This document shows positions 7,289 through 17,664 of a DNA stretch of 46,664 bases, piece by piece. A program made the translations under genes and the position numbers. This DNA is from an uncultured Bacilli bacterium (GTDB lineage: Bacteria > Bacillota_I > Bacilli_A > RF39 > UBA660), in NCBI GenBank assembly GCA_947628985.1, contig CANRCA010000001.1:1-46664 (forward strand), given 5' to 3'. The notes beneath the pieces were generated by a model. It did no database searches, had not been told where the DNA came from, and saw only the letters and a program-made list of their open reading frames with translations. Numbering within the stretch: the stretch's first letter is position 1; the number at the start of each line of letters is the position of its first letter.

Positions 7289-7819
7289 ATGACAAGAGTT
7301 AAAGGTGGTACAGTTTCTAAAACAAGAAGAAGAAAAGTATTAAAAAGAGCAAAAGGATATTTTGGAAGTAAACATAGATTATACAAGACAGCTCAAGAAC
7401 AATTATTCCATAGTGGAGCTTATAGTTTCAATGATAGAAAGAAAAGAGCTAATGACTTTAGAAAATTATGGATAACAAGAATTAATGCTGCTTGTAGAAG
7501 TAATGGTGTTGTTTATTCAAAATTTATTAATGGTCTTAAAAAGGCTAATATTGAAATTAATAGAAAAATGCTTAGTGAACTTGCAATTTTTGCACCAGAA
7601 GAATTCACTAAATTAGTAAATCTTTCTAAAGATGCTTTAGAAGGTAAAGCACCTAAAGTAGATAACACTAAAGCTGTTAAAGAAGTAGAAAAAGTTGTTG
7701 AAGAAAAGAAAGATTATTCAAAATTAACAGTTGCTGAATTAAAAGAATTATGTGAATCAAAAAATATTGATACAACTAACATGAAAAAAGCTGATTTAGT
7801 AAAAGCTTTAGAAAAATAA
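7289..7819 (+). CDS. rplT: 50S ribosomal protein L20 with a ~58-aa C-terminal SAP/HeH-like extension
   Basis: Residues 1-~118 align to canonical L20 (RVKGG..AKGY.G....Y..A..Q......Y...DR+.+...FR.LWI.RINAA.R..G..YS.FI.GL). Extra tail: ..[35 protein letters not shown]. Confidence 0.93.
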   Translation: MTRVKGGTVSKTRRRKVLKRAKGYFGSKHRLYKTAQEQLFHSGAYSFNDRKKRANDFRKLWITRINAACRSNGVVYSKFINGLKKANIEINRKMLSELAIFAPEEFTKLVNLSKDALEGKAPKVDNTKAVKEVEKVVEEKKDYSKLTVAELKELCESKNIDTTNMKKADLVKALEK

Positions 7820-7824
7820 TTTTT

Positions 7825-7860
7825 AAAACAAGAATTGTTATTTATTAATTCTTGTTTTTT
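7825..7860 (+). terminator. Rho-independent terminator of the infC operon
   Basis: Stem aaaacaagaatt / aattcttgtttt, followed by a T-run. Confidence 0.8.
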
Positions 7861-7903
7861 ATATGTATATTAAGTATAATATGCTTGTTAAAGGAAGTTT
7901 ACT

Positions 7904-8167
7904 ATGAAAAATTATATTGATCCATTTTTATATAATGCACCTCAATTAGATATTCATGGATATGATAGATATGGTGCTATTGCTATGATTAAAAATTTTA
8001 TTGATAATTATTCTAAAATAGATACTAAAAAATTAGTTATTGTTCATGGAAAAGGTAGTGGAATATTAAAAAAAGCAACATTAGATTATTTAAAAACAGA
8101 TAAAAGAGTTCTTGAATTTAAAATAGATAATTTTAATGATGGACAAACTATAGTAATTTTGAAGTAG
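7904..8167 (+). CDS. Smr-domain protein
   Basis: Pattern LDIHGY...A......F......VIVHGKGSGILKKA matches the Smr domain. Confidence 0.75.
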   Translation: MKNYIDPFLYNAPQLDIHGYDRYGAIAMIKNFIDNYSKIDTKKLVIVHGKGSGILKKATLDYLKTDKRVLEFKIDNFNDGQTIVILK

Positions 8168-8175
8168 GAGGTAGT

Positions 8176-8901
8176 ATGCAACAATATTTTGCTAAAGATA
8201 AAAAAGATAATATTTTATATTTAAATAATGATGACTTAAATCATATTAAAAATGTAATGAGAATGAAAGAAAATGATAAAGTTATTGTTGTTTATGATAA
8301 TAAAAGTTATATATGTTCTTTAAATAATGATTTATTATCTTGTAATATAAAAGAAATATTTAAAGAAAATGAAAATAATAATTCATTTGTATGTTATGTA
8401 CCATTCTTAACAGAAGAAAAAATGGATTTTATATTTCAACATGGTACTGAACTTGGTATTAGTGAATTTATTGTTGTAATGTATGAACATTGTAAATATA
8501 AACTTCCTAAAAAAGATTATAAAAAGAAGCTTATTAGATGGAATAGAATTGTTAAAGAAGCTAGTGAACAATGCTATAGAATTAATAAACCAATCATAGA
8601 AAAAATAATTGATGTTAAAGATATTGATAGTATATGTAATGTAAATATTTTGTGTTCACTTGACAAATTAAATGTAAAAAGTATATGTCAAGTATTAACA
8701 ACTAAAAACTGTAATGATACAATTAGTCTAGTATTTGGACCAGAAGGTGGTCTAAGTAAAAAAGAAGAAGATTTTATTGTAGAAAAAGGTTTTATTAAAA
8801 CATCTTTAGGTGATAATGTTTTAAGAACACAAACAGTTCCACTTATGGTAGCATCTATAATAAAATATTTAAAGGAAAGTGTGAAGAATGGAAAACTTTG
8901 A
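8176..8901 (+). CDS. rsmE: 16S rRNA (uracil1498-N3)-methyltransferase
   Basis: C-terminal GPEGGLSKKEE...LGDNVLRTQTVPL is typical of RsmE. The rsmE-mtaB neighbourhood is also seen in Bacillus (yqeU-yqeV). Confidence 0.85.
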   Translation: MQQYFAKDKKDNILYLNNDDLNHIKNVMRMKENDKVIVVYDNKSYICSLNNDLLSCNIKEIFKENENNNSFVCYVPFLTEEKMDFIFQHGTELGISEFIVVMYEHCKYKLPKKDYKKKLIRWNRIVKEASEQCYRINKPIIEKIIDVKDIDSICNVNILCSLDKLNVKSICQVLTTKNCNDTISLVFGPEGGLSKKEEDFIVEKGFIKTSLGDNVLRTQTVPLMVASIIKYLKESVKNGKL

Positions 8902-9571
8902 TAGAATTATGGATAACTTTATAAATGGAGATTACTTTATAGTATTTTTGATATTAGTATTGATTATATTAGTAGTGTTAATAGCATTTTTAATTAAATC
9001 TAGATTTGAATATAATGAATTATTAAATGAAGAAAAAGATAAGAAAGATTTCTTTAATGATGATAAGGATATTATAGATGAATTTGATTTATTTGATGAA
9101 AATGATAGTCTTAAAGATGATATATTAAATGAAGAAGCATTAAAAGAAGAAATATCAAAAGAAATAAATGAAGATAAACCTATTATAAAAGAAGTAGATG
9201 TTCCAAATATTAAAACATATGATGATGTTATTAATGAATATGAAAGTAGTGAAGAAGAAAATGCAGTTATATCTGCAGAAGAATTAGAAAAAAGAACTAG
9301 AGAAAGAATGGAAAATTTAGGTTTAACTGATAATCAAATGGCTATACAAAAATATGAAGAAGATCAAGAGAAGAAAGCCATTATTAGTTATGAACAATTA
9401 TTAAAAAATGCATCTAATATTACTCTTTCTTATAAAAATGAGACTAAAGGTAAAGGTAGTCCTAAAGTAAATAAAGTAGAAGTAGAGAAAAAAGAAGTTG
9501 TGGGTACAGAAATTTATTTGGAGGAAGAAGAATTCTTAAAAATATTAAAAGAATTTAGAATATCGTTATGA
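8888..9571 (+). CDS. Hypothetical single-pass membrane protein with a highly acidic cytoplasmic/extracellular tail
   Basis: N-terminal TM helix (FIVFLILVLIILVVLIAFLI) followed by a D/E/K-rich region. Overlaps rsmE by 14 nt and mtaB by 4 nt. Confidence 0.6.
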   Translation: MENFDRIMDNFINGDYFIVFLILVLIILVVLIAFLIKSRFEYNELLNEEKDKKDFFNDDKDIIDEFDLFDENDSLKDDILNEEALKEEISKEINEDKPIIKEVDVPNIKTYDDVINEYESSEEENAVISAEELEKRTRERMENLGLTDNQMAIQKYEEDQEKKAIISYEQLLKNASNITLSYKNETKGKGSPKVNKVEVEKKEVVGTEIYLEEEEFLKILKEFRISL

Positions 9572-10833
9572 AAACATTTTTAATTAAAACACTAGGTTGT
9601 AAAGTTAATTCTTATGAAAGTGAATTTATAAGAAATATACTTTTAGATAATAATTATGAAGAAGTATTAGAAAATGCAGATATTTGTATTATAAATACTT
9701 GTACTGTTACTAATACTGCTGATAATAAAAGTAAACAAGTTATAAACAATATAAAGAAAAATAATCCTCATGCAATTGTTGTTGCCATGGGGTGTTTTTG
9801 CCAATTTAAAAAGGATAATATTTTAGATTATATAGATGCAGATATTATAATTGGTAATAAATATAAAAGTAAAATATTAGATTTATTAAATGAATATAAT
9901 AAAAATCATGAAAGAATTGTTAGATTTGATGATATGGAAGAATCTGTATTTGAAAATATGGAAATAAAAAAATATGTTCATCATCATAGAGCATTTATTA
10001 AAGTAGAAGATGGATGTAATAATTTTTGTAGTTATTGTATTATTCCTTATGTAAGAGGAAGAGTTAGAAGTAAAGATTTTAATAAATGTATTATGGAAAT
10101 AAATGATTTATCATTAAATGATATTAAAGAAATAGTTTTATCTGGTATACATACTGGACAATATTTTAGTGATGGTAAAAGACTTGCTGATTTAATAAAT
10201 GAAATATCAAAAAATAAATTAATTAAAAGAATAAGACTTTCATCTGTAGAAATTGTTGAATTAGATGATAAAATGATGGATGTTTTAAAAAATAATGATG
10301 TATTTGTATCACACTTACATATTCCTCTTCAAGCAGGTAGTGATAAAGTATTAAAATTAATGAATAGAAGATATGATAAAGAATATTTTAAAAATAAAGT
10401 AAATGAAATTAGAAGTATTAGAAAAGATATAGCTTTATCTACTGATGTAATAGTAGGTTTTCCTGGTGAAACAGAAGAAGATTTTAAAGAAACTCTAGAT
10501 TTTTGTAAAGAAATAGGATTTTCTAAAATACATGTATTTCCATATTCTGATAGAAGTGGAACAGTTGCTTCTCGTATGGAAAATAAAGTACCTGGAAATA
10601 TTAAAAAAGATAGAGTTCATAGATTAATTGAATTATCAGATGAATTAGAAAAAAAATATTTTAATAAGTTTGTAGGTAAGTATGTAGAAGTATTAATAGA
10701 AGAAGAAAAAAATGGATATTATTTTGGATTTACAGATAATTATATTCCTTTAAAATTAAAAGGTAATTATAAAATAAATGAAATTTATAAAGTAAAATTA
10801 AATAAAGATGATATAAATTTTGATATGAATTAA
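9568..10833 (+). CDS. mtaB: tRNA t6A37 methylthiotransferase (radical SAM MTTase)
   Basis: TLGCKVNSYESE N-terminus, a CNNFCSYCIIPYVRG radical-SAM cluster, and a TRAM-like C-terminus. Confidence 0.85.
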   Translation: MKTFLIKTLGCKVNSYESEFIRNILLDNNYEEVLENADICIINTCTVTNTADNKSKQVINNIKKNNPHAIVVAMGCFCQFKKDNILDYIDADIIIGNKYKSKILDLLNEYNKNHERIVRFDDMEESVFENMEIKKYVHHHRAFIKVEDGCNNFCSYCIIPYVRGRVRSKDFNKCIMEINDLSLNDIKEIVLSGIHTGQYFSDGKRLADLINEISKNKLIKRIRLSSVEIVELDDKMMDVLKNNDVFVSHLHIPLQAGSDKVLKLMNRRYDKEYFKNKVNEIRSIRKDIALSTDVIVGFPGETEEDFKETLDFCKEIGFSKIHVFPYSDRSGTVASRMENKVPGNIKKDRVHRLIELSDELEKKYFNKFVGKYVEVLIEEEKNGYYFGFTDNYIPLKLKGNYKINEIYKVKLNKDDINFDMN

Positions 10834-10911
10834 ATAAGTTTACTAGTGAATTGTTAAAAAAATATTGAATATCAAAAATATTTTTGATATAATTAACTAC
10901 GTAACTCAAAT

Positions 10912-10988
10912 GGCGATGTAGCTCAGTTGGCTAGAGCATCTGGTTCATACCCAGAGGGTCGAGGGTTCGAATCCCCCCGTCGCTACCA
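10912..10988 (+). tRNA. tRNA with anticodon CAT (elongator Met, or Ile2 if lysidinylated); CCA encoded
   Basis: Cloverleaf folded by hand: acceptor ggcgatg/cgtcgct, D arm gctc..gagc, anticodon stem tctgg/ccaga with loop ttCATac, T loop ttcgaat. It lacks the three G-C pairs characteristic of an initiator tRNA. Promoter TTGAAT-17-tgaTATAAT lies at 10866-10893. Confidence 0.85.
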
Positions 10989-11318
10989 AAATTGATATAA
11001 ACTCATTTTTGAGTGAAAATAGAGAACGTACTTGATAAAAGTGCGTTTTTATGTTATTATGTATTTGTCAAGGAAACTTGAATAAAATAAAAAAGGAATA
11101 CCTAATTTTGTAGAGTTAGGTACTATTCCAAAAAAATTTGTATTAGTACCGACTTATACAGCTGGTACTATTTTTATTAATATGATTATAATCACAATAA
11201 TAAGAAGGTTGATTATATTGAAAATATTAAAAAACAATATAAGTGATAGTGAATTTTATAATTATATTTGATGATGACAATAAAAATGACATAATGAAAT
11301 ACAAGAAAGGAAACTATT

Positions 11319-11897
11319 ATGACAGAATGTAAACATTGTGGAAAAGAAATAAATAAAAAAGCAAGTATATGTCCTAATTGTGGAGTTAAAACACACCCTA
11401 TAAAAGATATAGTAAAAATAGTTGTAATTGTGTTTACAGTTCTTATAAGTATAGTTTTTGTTGGATTTATATTAAAAGGTGGTTTGTTTAGTTCAATTAA
11501 AGAAAATTTAGAAGAATCTGAATATAAAAAGTATATTGGTAATTTTGAATTAGTAGGAAATATTGAAGATTATAAAAATAATTTTAGTGGAACTGTATAT
11601 TTAAGTGATGGATCTAAAATGAATAAAACTTATAAAATTGAAGATATAAATAAAACATTAAGCTTAGAAAGAGAAGAAACTGATTTTTATAAATATACTG
11701 ATTTGTTTGACTATGAGTTTGTGTATAATACAAAACAAGAATATGCAATATTAAATATTGGTAGTATCGATAATGATAATATTTGTGCTTGTTTTAAGAT
11801 TGATAAAAGTAATTTAATACAAACAAATTGTATTGCAGAATTAACAAATGGTTTATCATATATAGAAAATTTAAATTTAATTTATGAAAAAAAATAA
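11319..11897 (+). CDS. Zinc-ribbon membrane protein, function unknown
   Basis: CKHCG...CPNCG zinc ribbon followed by a TM helix. Confidence 0.6.
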   Translation: MTECKHCGKEINKKASICPNCGVKTHPIKDIVKIVVIVFTVLISIVFVGFILKGGLFSSIKENLEESEYKKYIGNFELVGNIEDYKNNFSGTVYLSDGSKMNKTYKIEDINKTLSLEREETDFYKYTDLFDYEFVYNTKQEYAILNIGSIDNDNICACFKIDKSNLIQTNCIAELTNGLSYIENLNLIYEKK

Positions 11898-11912
11898 ATA
11901 ACATTAGATTAT

Positions 11913-12713
11913 ATGTTTAAAAAAGGAGTATATAGCTTGAAAAAGAAATTTAGTTTATTTATATTATGTGGAATAATATTATTTTATGTATGTGGTTGTG
12001 ATAAAAATAATAGTGATATTAAAACAAAAGATTTAAAAATTGATAACCTAAGAAAAATGTCAATAGTATGTGATGAACTAAAGGATATAATTGATTTATC
12101 TTTAGATAGTGAATATTTTATTACTAAAAATGGCGAACTTTATGAATTAAATACAAGACAGTTATTTTCAAATGATAAGAATTGTAGAAAAGTTAATACC
12201 AATATAAAAATTAGTAAATTTTATAGAACTTATGTTTTAAGTAGTGATAATGAATTATATAATATTACCAATAATTCATTAAGTCTTGCTGATAAAAACG
12301 AAACATTTTTGGATGAAATAATTATGATAGATAAAACGTTAAGACCAAACTTGTTTAGGGGTGGGGATAATATTTATTATTATAAAGATAAAAATATATA
12401 TTCTACTGATAAAATTGATAAATATCATTATAATATAAGTGATACTGTTGTAATAAGTCTTGATGAAGATGAAGATGTAATTTATGTAATAGATAATACT
12501 ATAATGACTACAAAAAGAATATTTAGTTATGAAACAAAAATAATTAATCAAGAAGAATGTAATAAATATGTTGATATAGAATGTAAGACACAAAGTAATT
12601 GGTTTGAAGTTAATGATAATATAAAAAATCAATTATCAAACATATTACTTTATAAAGCTGGTTATGCAATAGATAAAAAAGGTAATTTTTATAGTAGTAC
12701 TTATGCTGGTTAA
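11913..12713 (+). CDS. Putative lipoprotein, function unknown
   Basis: Signal peptide with lipobox ..LFYVCGC. Confidence 0.6.
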   Translation: MFKKGVYSLKKKFSLFILCGIILFYVCGCDKNNSDIKTKDLKIDNLRKMSIVCDELKDIIDLSLDSEYFITKNGELYELNTRQLFSNDKNCRKVNTNIKISKFYRTYVLSSDNELYNITNNSLSLADKNETFLDEIIMIDKTLRPNLFRGGDNIYYYKDKNIYSTDKIDKYHYNISDTVVISLDEDEDVIYVIDNTIMTTKRIFSYETKIINQEECNKYVDIECKTQSNWFEVNDNIKNQLSNILLYKAGYAIDKKGNFYSSTYAG

Positions 12714-12828
12714 TAGATAATTTATTTAATTAAAGTGTATATTTTTATATGCTTTTTTTATAAACTCAAGTTTTATTTCATGTTAAAAAATTTTAAATAA
12801 TATAAAATTTAAATTGAAAGGAGGAAAA

Positions 12829-13539
12829 ATGGATCAAGAACGTATTGGAAAGTTTATAGCAGAACAAAGAAAATTAAAAAAATTAACTCAATCAGATTTA
12901 GCAGAAAAATTAAATGTAACTGATAGATCTGTTAGTAATTGGGAAAATGGTAAAAATATGCCAGACTTATCTTTATTTAAGCCATTATGTGAAATACTTG
13001 ATATTACAATTAATGAATTATTAAGTGGAGAAAAAGTTAAAGAAAAAGATTATCAAGAAAAATTTGAAGAAAATATTGTAAATACAATTAATTATTCTAC
13101 TAAAAAAATAGTTAAATATAATCAAATTATTTCTTTAATTTTAATTATATTTGGATTATTTATTTCTATATCAGCAATAATGATTTTTCCAAGTGAAAGT
13201 AGTTGGGGTTCTATTTATTCAGTATTCGGAATATTTGTATTTATGATAGGTATTTTTAAAACTTTAAAAACACTTAAATGGTATAAAAAACTAATATTAA
13301 TGATTATAATTTTTATTTTTTCAATTGGTATATTATTATTTACTGATTACATAAATGTAAAATTAAATCATGAAGCTCCAATGTTTAGAACTGTAACAAC
13401 AACTACTGGTAATGTTATTTATTATGATACTTTATTTTATGATGTATATAGATGCTATTTTGATCAAGATAATGAATATTGGGTTATTGAAAAAAATAGT
13501 AAAAAAACTGTTAAAGATTTATTAAATTATTGTAAGTAA
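12829..13539 (+). CDS. XRE-family HTH regulator fused to a multi-pass membrane domain
   Basis: Start at ATG 12829, behind aggagg. The HTH is LTQSDLAEKLNVTDRSVSNWENGKNMP. Three or four hydrophobic helices follow. Confidence 0.8.
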   Translation: MDQERIGKFIAEQRKLKKLTQSDLAEKLNVTDRSVSNWENGKNMPDLSLFKPLCEILDITINELLSGEKVKEKDYQEKFEENIVNTINYSTKKIVKYNQIISLILIIFGLFISISAIMIFPSESSWGSIYSVFGIFVFMIGIFKTLKTLKWYKKLILMIIIFIFSIGILLFTDYINVKLNHEAPMFRTVTTTTGNVIYYDTLFYDVYRCYFDQDNEYWVIEKNSKKTVKDLLNYCK

Positions 13540-13575
13540 TCAATAAAAACTTTATAATTGTTTTAGAGGTTTAAA

Positions 13576-14025
13576 ATGATTATAAGAAAAGCTATTTATG
13601 ATGATGTTAAAAAATTAAATGAATTACTTACATTATTAATTCAAGATGAAAAACAATATGATGAAGGTATAAATGATAATTTTGTAGTAACTAATATGTA
13701 TGAAAACTATATTGAAGATAAAACTAAATTAATTTTAGTTGCAGAAGAAGATAATAATATAGTAGGATATTTATATGGAAAATTAGAAGAAAGTGATGAA
13801 ACTTATAAATATAAAGTTGCTATTTTAGATGCATTATATGTAATAGAAGAATATAGACAAAAAGGTATTGCAGATTCATTAATTAATGAATTTAAAAATT
13901 GGGCAAAATTAAATAATGTAAATTTATTAAAAGTAAATGTATGTAGTAAAAATATTAAAGCCAAAAAATTATATGAAAAACATAATTTTATAATGCATTC
14001 AGAAACTTTAAGGAAATTTTTATGA
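13576..14025 (+). CDS. GNAT-family N-acetyltransferase
   Basis: Acetyl-CoA motif YRQKGIADSL, and the size is typical for the family. Confidence 0.75.
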   Translation: MIIRKAIYDDVKKLNELLTLLIQDEKQYDEGINDNFVVTNMYENYIEDKTKLILVAEEDNNIVGYLYGKLEESDETYKYKVAILDALYVIEEYRQKGIADSLINEFKNWAKLNNVNLLKVNVCSKNIKAKKLYEKHNFIMHSETLRKFL

Positions 14026-14675
14026 AAAAAATAATTATAGTTATAATATCAATAATTTTAATTGGAATTATTTATGTATTTGGAATAAATGCTTATGTAA
14101 AATTATCAACTAAATCAAGAATAATTACTAATTATGATGATTTAAATGATATAGATTGCATTATAGTTCTAGGAGCAGGAGTTTGGGGAGATGAACCAAG
14201 TCCAATGTTAAGAGATAGAATACTAAAAGGAGTAGAATTATATAAAAATAATATTTCTTCAAAAATAATTATGAGTGGAGACCATGGTAGTAGTGATTAT
14301 GATGAAGTAAATATAATGAAAAATTATGCTATTAAAGAAGGAGTAAAATCAGAAGATATATTTATGGATCATGCAGGATTTTCTACTTATGATAGTATTT
14401 ATAGAGCAAAAGAAATATTTAAAGCTAAAAAAGTTATAATAGTGACACAAGAATATCATTTATATAGAGCATTATATATAGCTAAGAAGTTAGGACTTGA
14501 TGCATATGGAGTAAATGCAGATCCTATTAAATATAGTGGACAATTATATAGAGAAATAAGAGAAATATTAGCAAGAAATAAAGATGTAATAAAAGTTATA
14601 TTTAAACCAGAACCTAAATATTTAGGAGAAAGTATACCAGTATCAGGAAATGGTGATATAACAAATGATAAATAG
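14022..14675 (+). CDS. SanA/YdcF (DUF218) family protein
   Basis: N-terminal TM helix, then VLGAGVWGDEPSPMLRDR...IMSGDHG...DHAGFSTYDS...VTQEYHLYRA. Confidence 0.75.
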   Translation: MKKIIIVIISIILIGIIYVFGINAYVKLSTKSRIITNYDDLNDIDCIIVLGAGVWGDEPSPMLRDRILKGVELYKNNISSKIIMSGDHGSSDYDEVNIMKNYAIKEGVKSEDIFMDHAGFSTYDSIYRAKEIFKAKKVIIVTQEYHLYRALYIAKKLGLDAYGVNADPIKYSGQLYREIREILARNKDVIKVIFKPEPKYLGESIPVSGNGDITNDK

Positions 14676-14744
14676 TAAAAACTAATTTACTATTTTTTAT
14701 TTAGTGTTATAATAGTTTTATACGATTTTTTTAGGGAGGTTATT

Positions 14745-15917
14745 ATGAATCGTTTAGAATTTGAAGAAATTTTAAAAACACTAAATATTAGTGAATCAAG
14801 ATTGTTTATTAAGAAAGATAAATTTGGTAATTATAGACCAGTTTATAATTGGAATGATTTAGAAATAAGTTTTAATAAAAATAATTATGCTATTATCGAA
14901 GGAAAAATACCTTTTGATTTTGCACAAAAAATTTATGATAAATATTCTAAATTTAATGATATTAAAATAAATGGTAATAATAAAGGACCAATAGATAATG
15001 CTATTGATGATATTTATTTAAATGAAATAAATAAAAATACAAAAAGAAAATTACAAAAAAATCAATATCAAGAAGAAAAAAGAAATTTAAAACAAAGACC
15101 TAATGAAAATAAATATATTACTTCATATTATGTATACTCTAAAGAAGCACTTGTAGCTTTATTATTAGAAATGATGAATTATTATAATAATACAGAAATA
15201 AATTCAGATAAATATAATGATTTTATAGCACAATTAAATAATAAAATTTTAAATAGAGTAAAACCTAATGTACCAATTAATAAATGGGTTAAAATAAATA
15301 ATAAAAATACTAGTTTACTTGCAAATACAATGGTAAAAATGAATAATTCATCTTATGGAAAAGAAATAAGAAAATTACTTGATGAATTTGATAAAACAGT
15401 AAATCCATTTATAAATAAAGATATAGAATTAGATGATCCTATTAATTATACTAAAAATGTTAATATTGAAGTTTTTGGTAATAAAGATATATATAGAAAT
15501 CTTAAAAATACAAATTATTATATAGAAATAACTGATTTAAATAGTGATATAACTTATTATCCATCAGATGAAAATTATTATATACAAAAACAAAATTATG
15601 TTAAAAATTATGTAAAACCTAATGGATTTTTATATGAATTAGATACTTTAATAGATAAAGGAATTTATTATAATTTAAAACATTATTATAATGTAGAAGA
15701 AGGAGAAATTATAGAAATTACATATTATGGATTAAAAGAATATCAAATTAGTTATAATTTATCAAAAGATATAATTACTATGTTAAATGATAATTTAGAT
15801 GAAGAAGAAAAGAAAGAAATTATAAAAAAAGAATTACAAAAAGCAATTTATTTAACATCTAAAATAACAACAAATAATATGATTAAAAAAGATAATAAAG
15901 TTAAAATATTAAAATAA
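14745..15917 (+). CDS. Hypothetical protein (N/K/Y-rich), no recognisable domain
   Basis: Long ORF with RBS gggagg. No motif recognised. Confidence 0.55.
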   Translation: MNRLEFEEILKTLNISESRLFIKKDKFGNYRPVYNWNDLEISFNKNNYAIIEGKIPFDFAQKIYDKYSKFNDIKINGNNKGPIDNAIDDIYLNEINKNTKRKLQKNQYQEEKRNLKQRPNENKYITSYYVYSKEALVALLLEMMNYYNNTEINSDKYNDFIAQLNNKILNRVKPNVPINKWVKINNKNTSLLANTMVKMNNSSYGKEIRKLLDEFDKTVNPFINKDIELDDPINYTKNVNIEVFGNKDIYRNLKNTNYYIEITDLNSDITYYPSDENYYIQKQNYVKNYVKPNGFLYELDTLIDKGIYYNLKHYYNVEEGEIIEITYYGLKEYQISYNLSKDIITMLNDNLDEEEKKEIIKKELQKAIYLTSKITTNNMIKKDNKVKILK

Positions 15918-15926
15918 GAGGAAAAA

Positions 15927-16616
15927 ATGGAAAAAGTATCAATGTTTTTTATACTTTTTATGATATATGCATTTTGTGGTTGGCTAATGGAAGTAATAGT
16001 TACAATAATACATGATCATAAATTAGTAAATAGAGGATTTTTAATAGGACCTTATTGTCCTATATATGGTTATGGTTTTCTATTATTATACTTTTTATTA
16101 AATAGATATTTAAGTGATCCAATAATTTTATTTATAATGGCAATACTTATTTGTTCTATACTTGAATATTTAACTAGTTTAATATTAGAAAAAATATTTA
16201 ATGCAAGATGGTGGGATTATAGTAATAGAAAGTTTAATATAAATGGTAGAATTTGTATAACTAATATGATAGCATTTGGTGTACTTGGATGTTTAATATT
16301 ATATATAATAAATCCATTCTTTATTAAAACATTATCATATATACCTAATTTAATATTAAATATATTAGCAATTATATTATTTATAATTTATATGACAGAT
16401 AATATAATATCAATTAATATTATTAAGAGTTTTAAAGGTGAACTTAAAGAAGCAGAAAAAGATCAAACTGAAGAAATATCTAAAAAAATAAAAAGTATTT
16501 TATCACAAAAGAGTATATTACATAAACGTTTAGTAAAAGCATTCCCACATATTAAAACTACAAAAGAAGTATTAAAAGAATTACAAAAAAAGATAGAAGA
16601 AAAAATTAATAAATAA
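15927..16616 (+). CDS. Membrane protein of the putative ABC-transporter type IV (PF06541-like) family
   Basis: FCGWLMEV...RGFLIGPYCPIYGYG signature, with multiple TM helices. Confidence 0.65.
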   Translation: MEKVSMFFILFMIYAFCGWLMEVIVTIIHDHKLVNRGFLIGPYCPIYGYGFLLLYFLLNRYLSDPIILFIMAILICSILEYLTSLILEKIFNARWWDYSNRKFNINGRICITNMIAFGVLGCLILYIINPFFIKTLSYIPNLILNILAIILFIIYMTDNIISINIIKSFKGELKEAEKDQTEEISKKIKSILSQKSILHKRLVKAFPHIKTTKEVLKELQKKIEEKINK

Positions 16617-16667
16617 CTTCTACTTTTTTTAATTTATTTTATATTATATAATATTTATGGTGGTAAT

Positions 16668-16916
16668 ATGAGAAGAGTAAAAATTAATGGAATTTATAAA
16701 CATTTTAAAGGAGACTATTATTTAGTAGAAGATATCGCTATTAATTCAGAAACTAATGAAAAATATGTAGTTTATAGAAGTTTATATGGAAATAATAAAT
16801 TATATATAAGACCTTTAAAAATATTTTTAAGTAAAGTAGATTCTAATAAATATCCTGATATAAAACAAAAATATAGATTTGAATTACAAAAAATAGAAAG
16901 TAAAAATAATAATTAA
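16668..16916 (+). CDS. DUF1653-like small protein
   Basis: The pattern YKHFKGDYYLV......ETNE.YVVYRSLYG is characteristic of DUF1653, as I recall it. Confidence 0.6.
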   Translation: MRRVKINGIYKHFKGDYYLVEDIAINSETNEKYVVYRSLYGNNKLYIRPLKIFLSKVDSNKYPDIKQKYRFELQKIESKNNN

Positions 16917-16929
16917 AAAGGAGTGTTTT

Positions 16930-17664
16930 ATGTTTAATTTAGAAAATAAAGTAGTTATTATAACTGGTGGAACTAGGGGAATTGGTTTTGAAACAGCTAA
17001 ATCTTTTTTAGAAAATAAAGCTAATGTTATTATTTTTGGTTCTAAAGAAGAAAGTGTAAAAAAAGCAAAGGAAGAATTAAATAATAAAGTAGATGGATAT
17101 TATCCAAATTTAAATAATTATGAAGAAATAGAAAAAACTATAAAAGAAATATATGATAAATATGGTCATATTGATATATTAATTAATAATGCAGGAATGT
17201 CTGATAATAAAAAGATAGAAGATATTAAAAGTGAAGATTTTGTAAATATTATGAATTTAAATGTTAATGCAGTATTTAATATGTCAAAAGCAGTTATACC
17301 ATATATGAAAGAACAAAATAAAGGTGTTATTTTAAATACAAGTTCTATGGTTAGTATTTATGGTCAACCATCAGGAGTAGGTTATCCTGCTAGTAAATTT
17401 GCAGTAAATGGAATAACTAAATCATTAGCTCGTGAACTTGCAAGATATAATATAAGAGTTAATGCTGTAGCACCAGGTATTATTAAAACAGATATGGTAA
17501 GTAGTTTACCTAAAGAATTAATAGAGCCATTAATAAAAACCATACCACTTGGAAGAATAGGAGAACCTAAAGATATAGCAAATGCTTTTTTATTCCTATC
17601 TAGTGATATGGCAAGTTATATTACAGGAGTTATTTTACAAGTTGATGGTTGTGCATATAATTAA
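16930..17664 (+). CDS. Short-chain dehydrogenase/reductase (FabG-like)
   Basis: TGGTRGIG cofactor motif, NNAG, and catalytic YPASK. Confidence 0.85.
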   Translation: MFNLENKVVIITGGTRGIGFETAKSFLENKANVIIFGSKEESVKKAKEELNNKVDGYYPNLNNYEEIEKTIKEIYDKYGHIDILINNAGMSDNKKIEDIKSEDFVNIMNLNVNAVFNMSKAVIPYMKEQNKGVILNTSSMVSIYGQPSGVGYPASKFAVNGITKSLARELARYNIRVNAVAPGIIKTDMVSSLPKELIEPLIKTIPLGRIGEPKDIANAFLFLSSDMASYITGVILQVDGCAYN

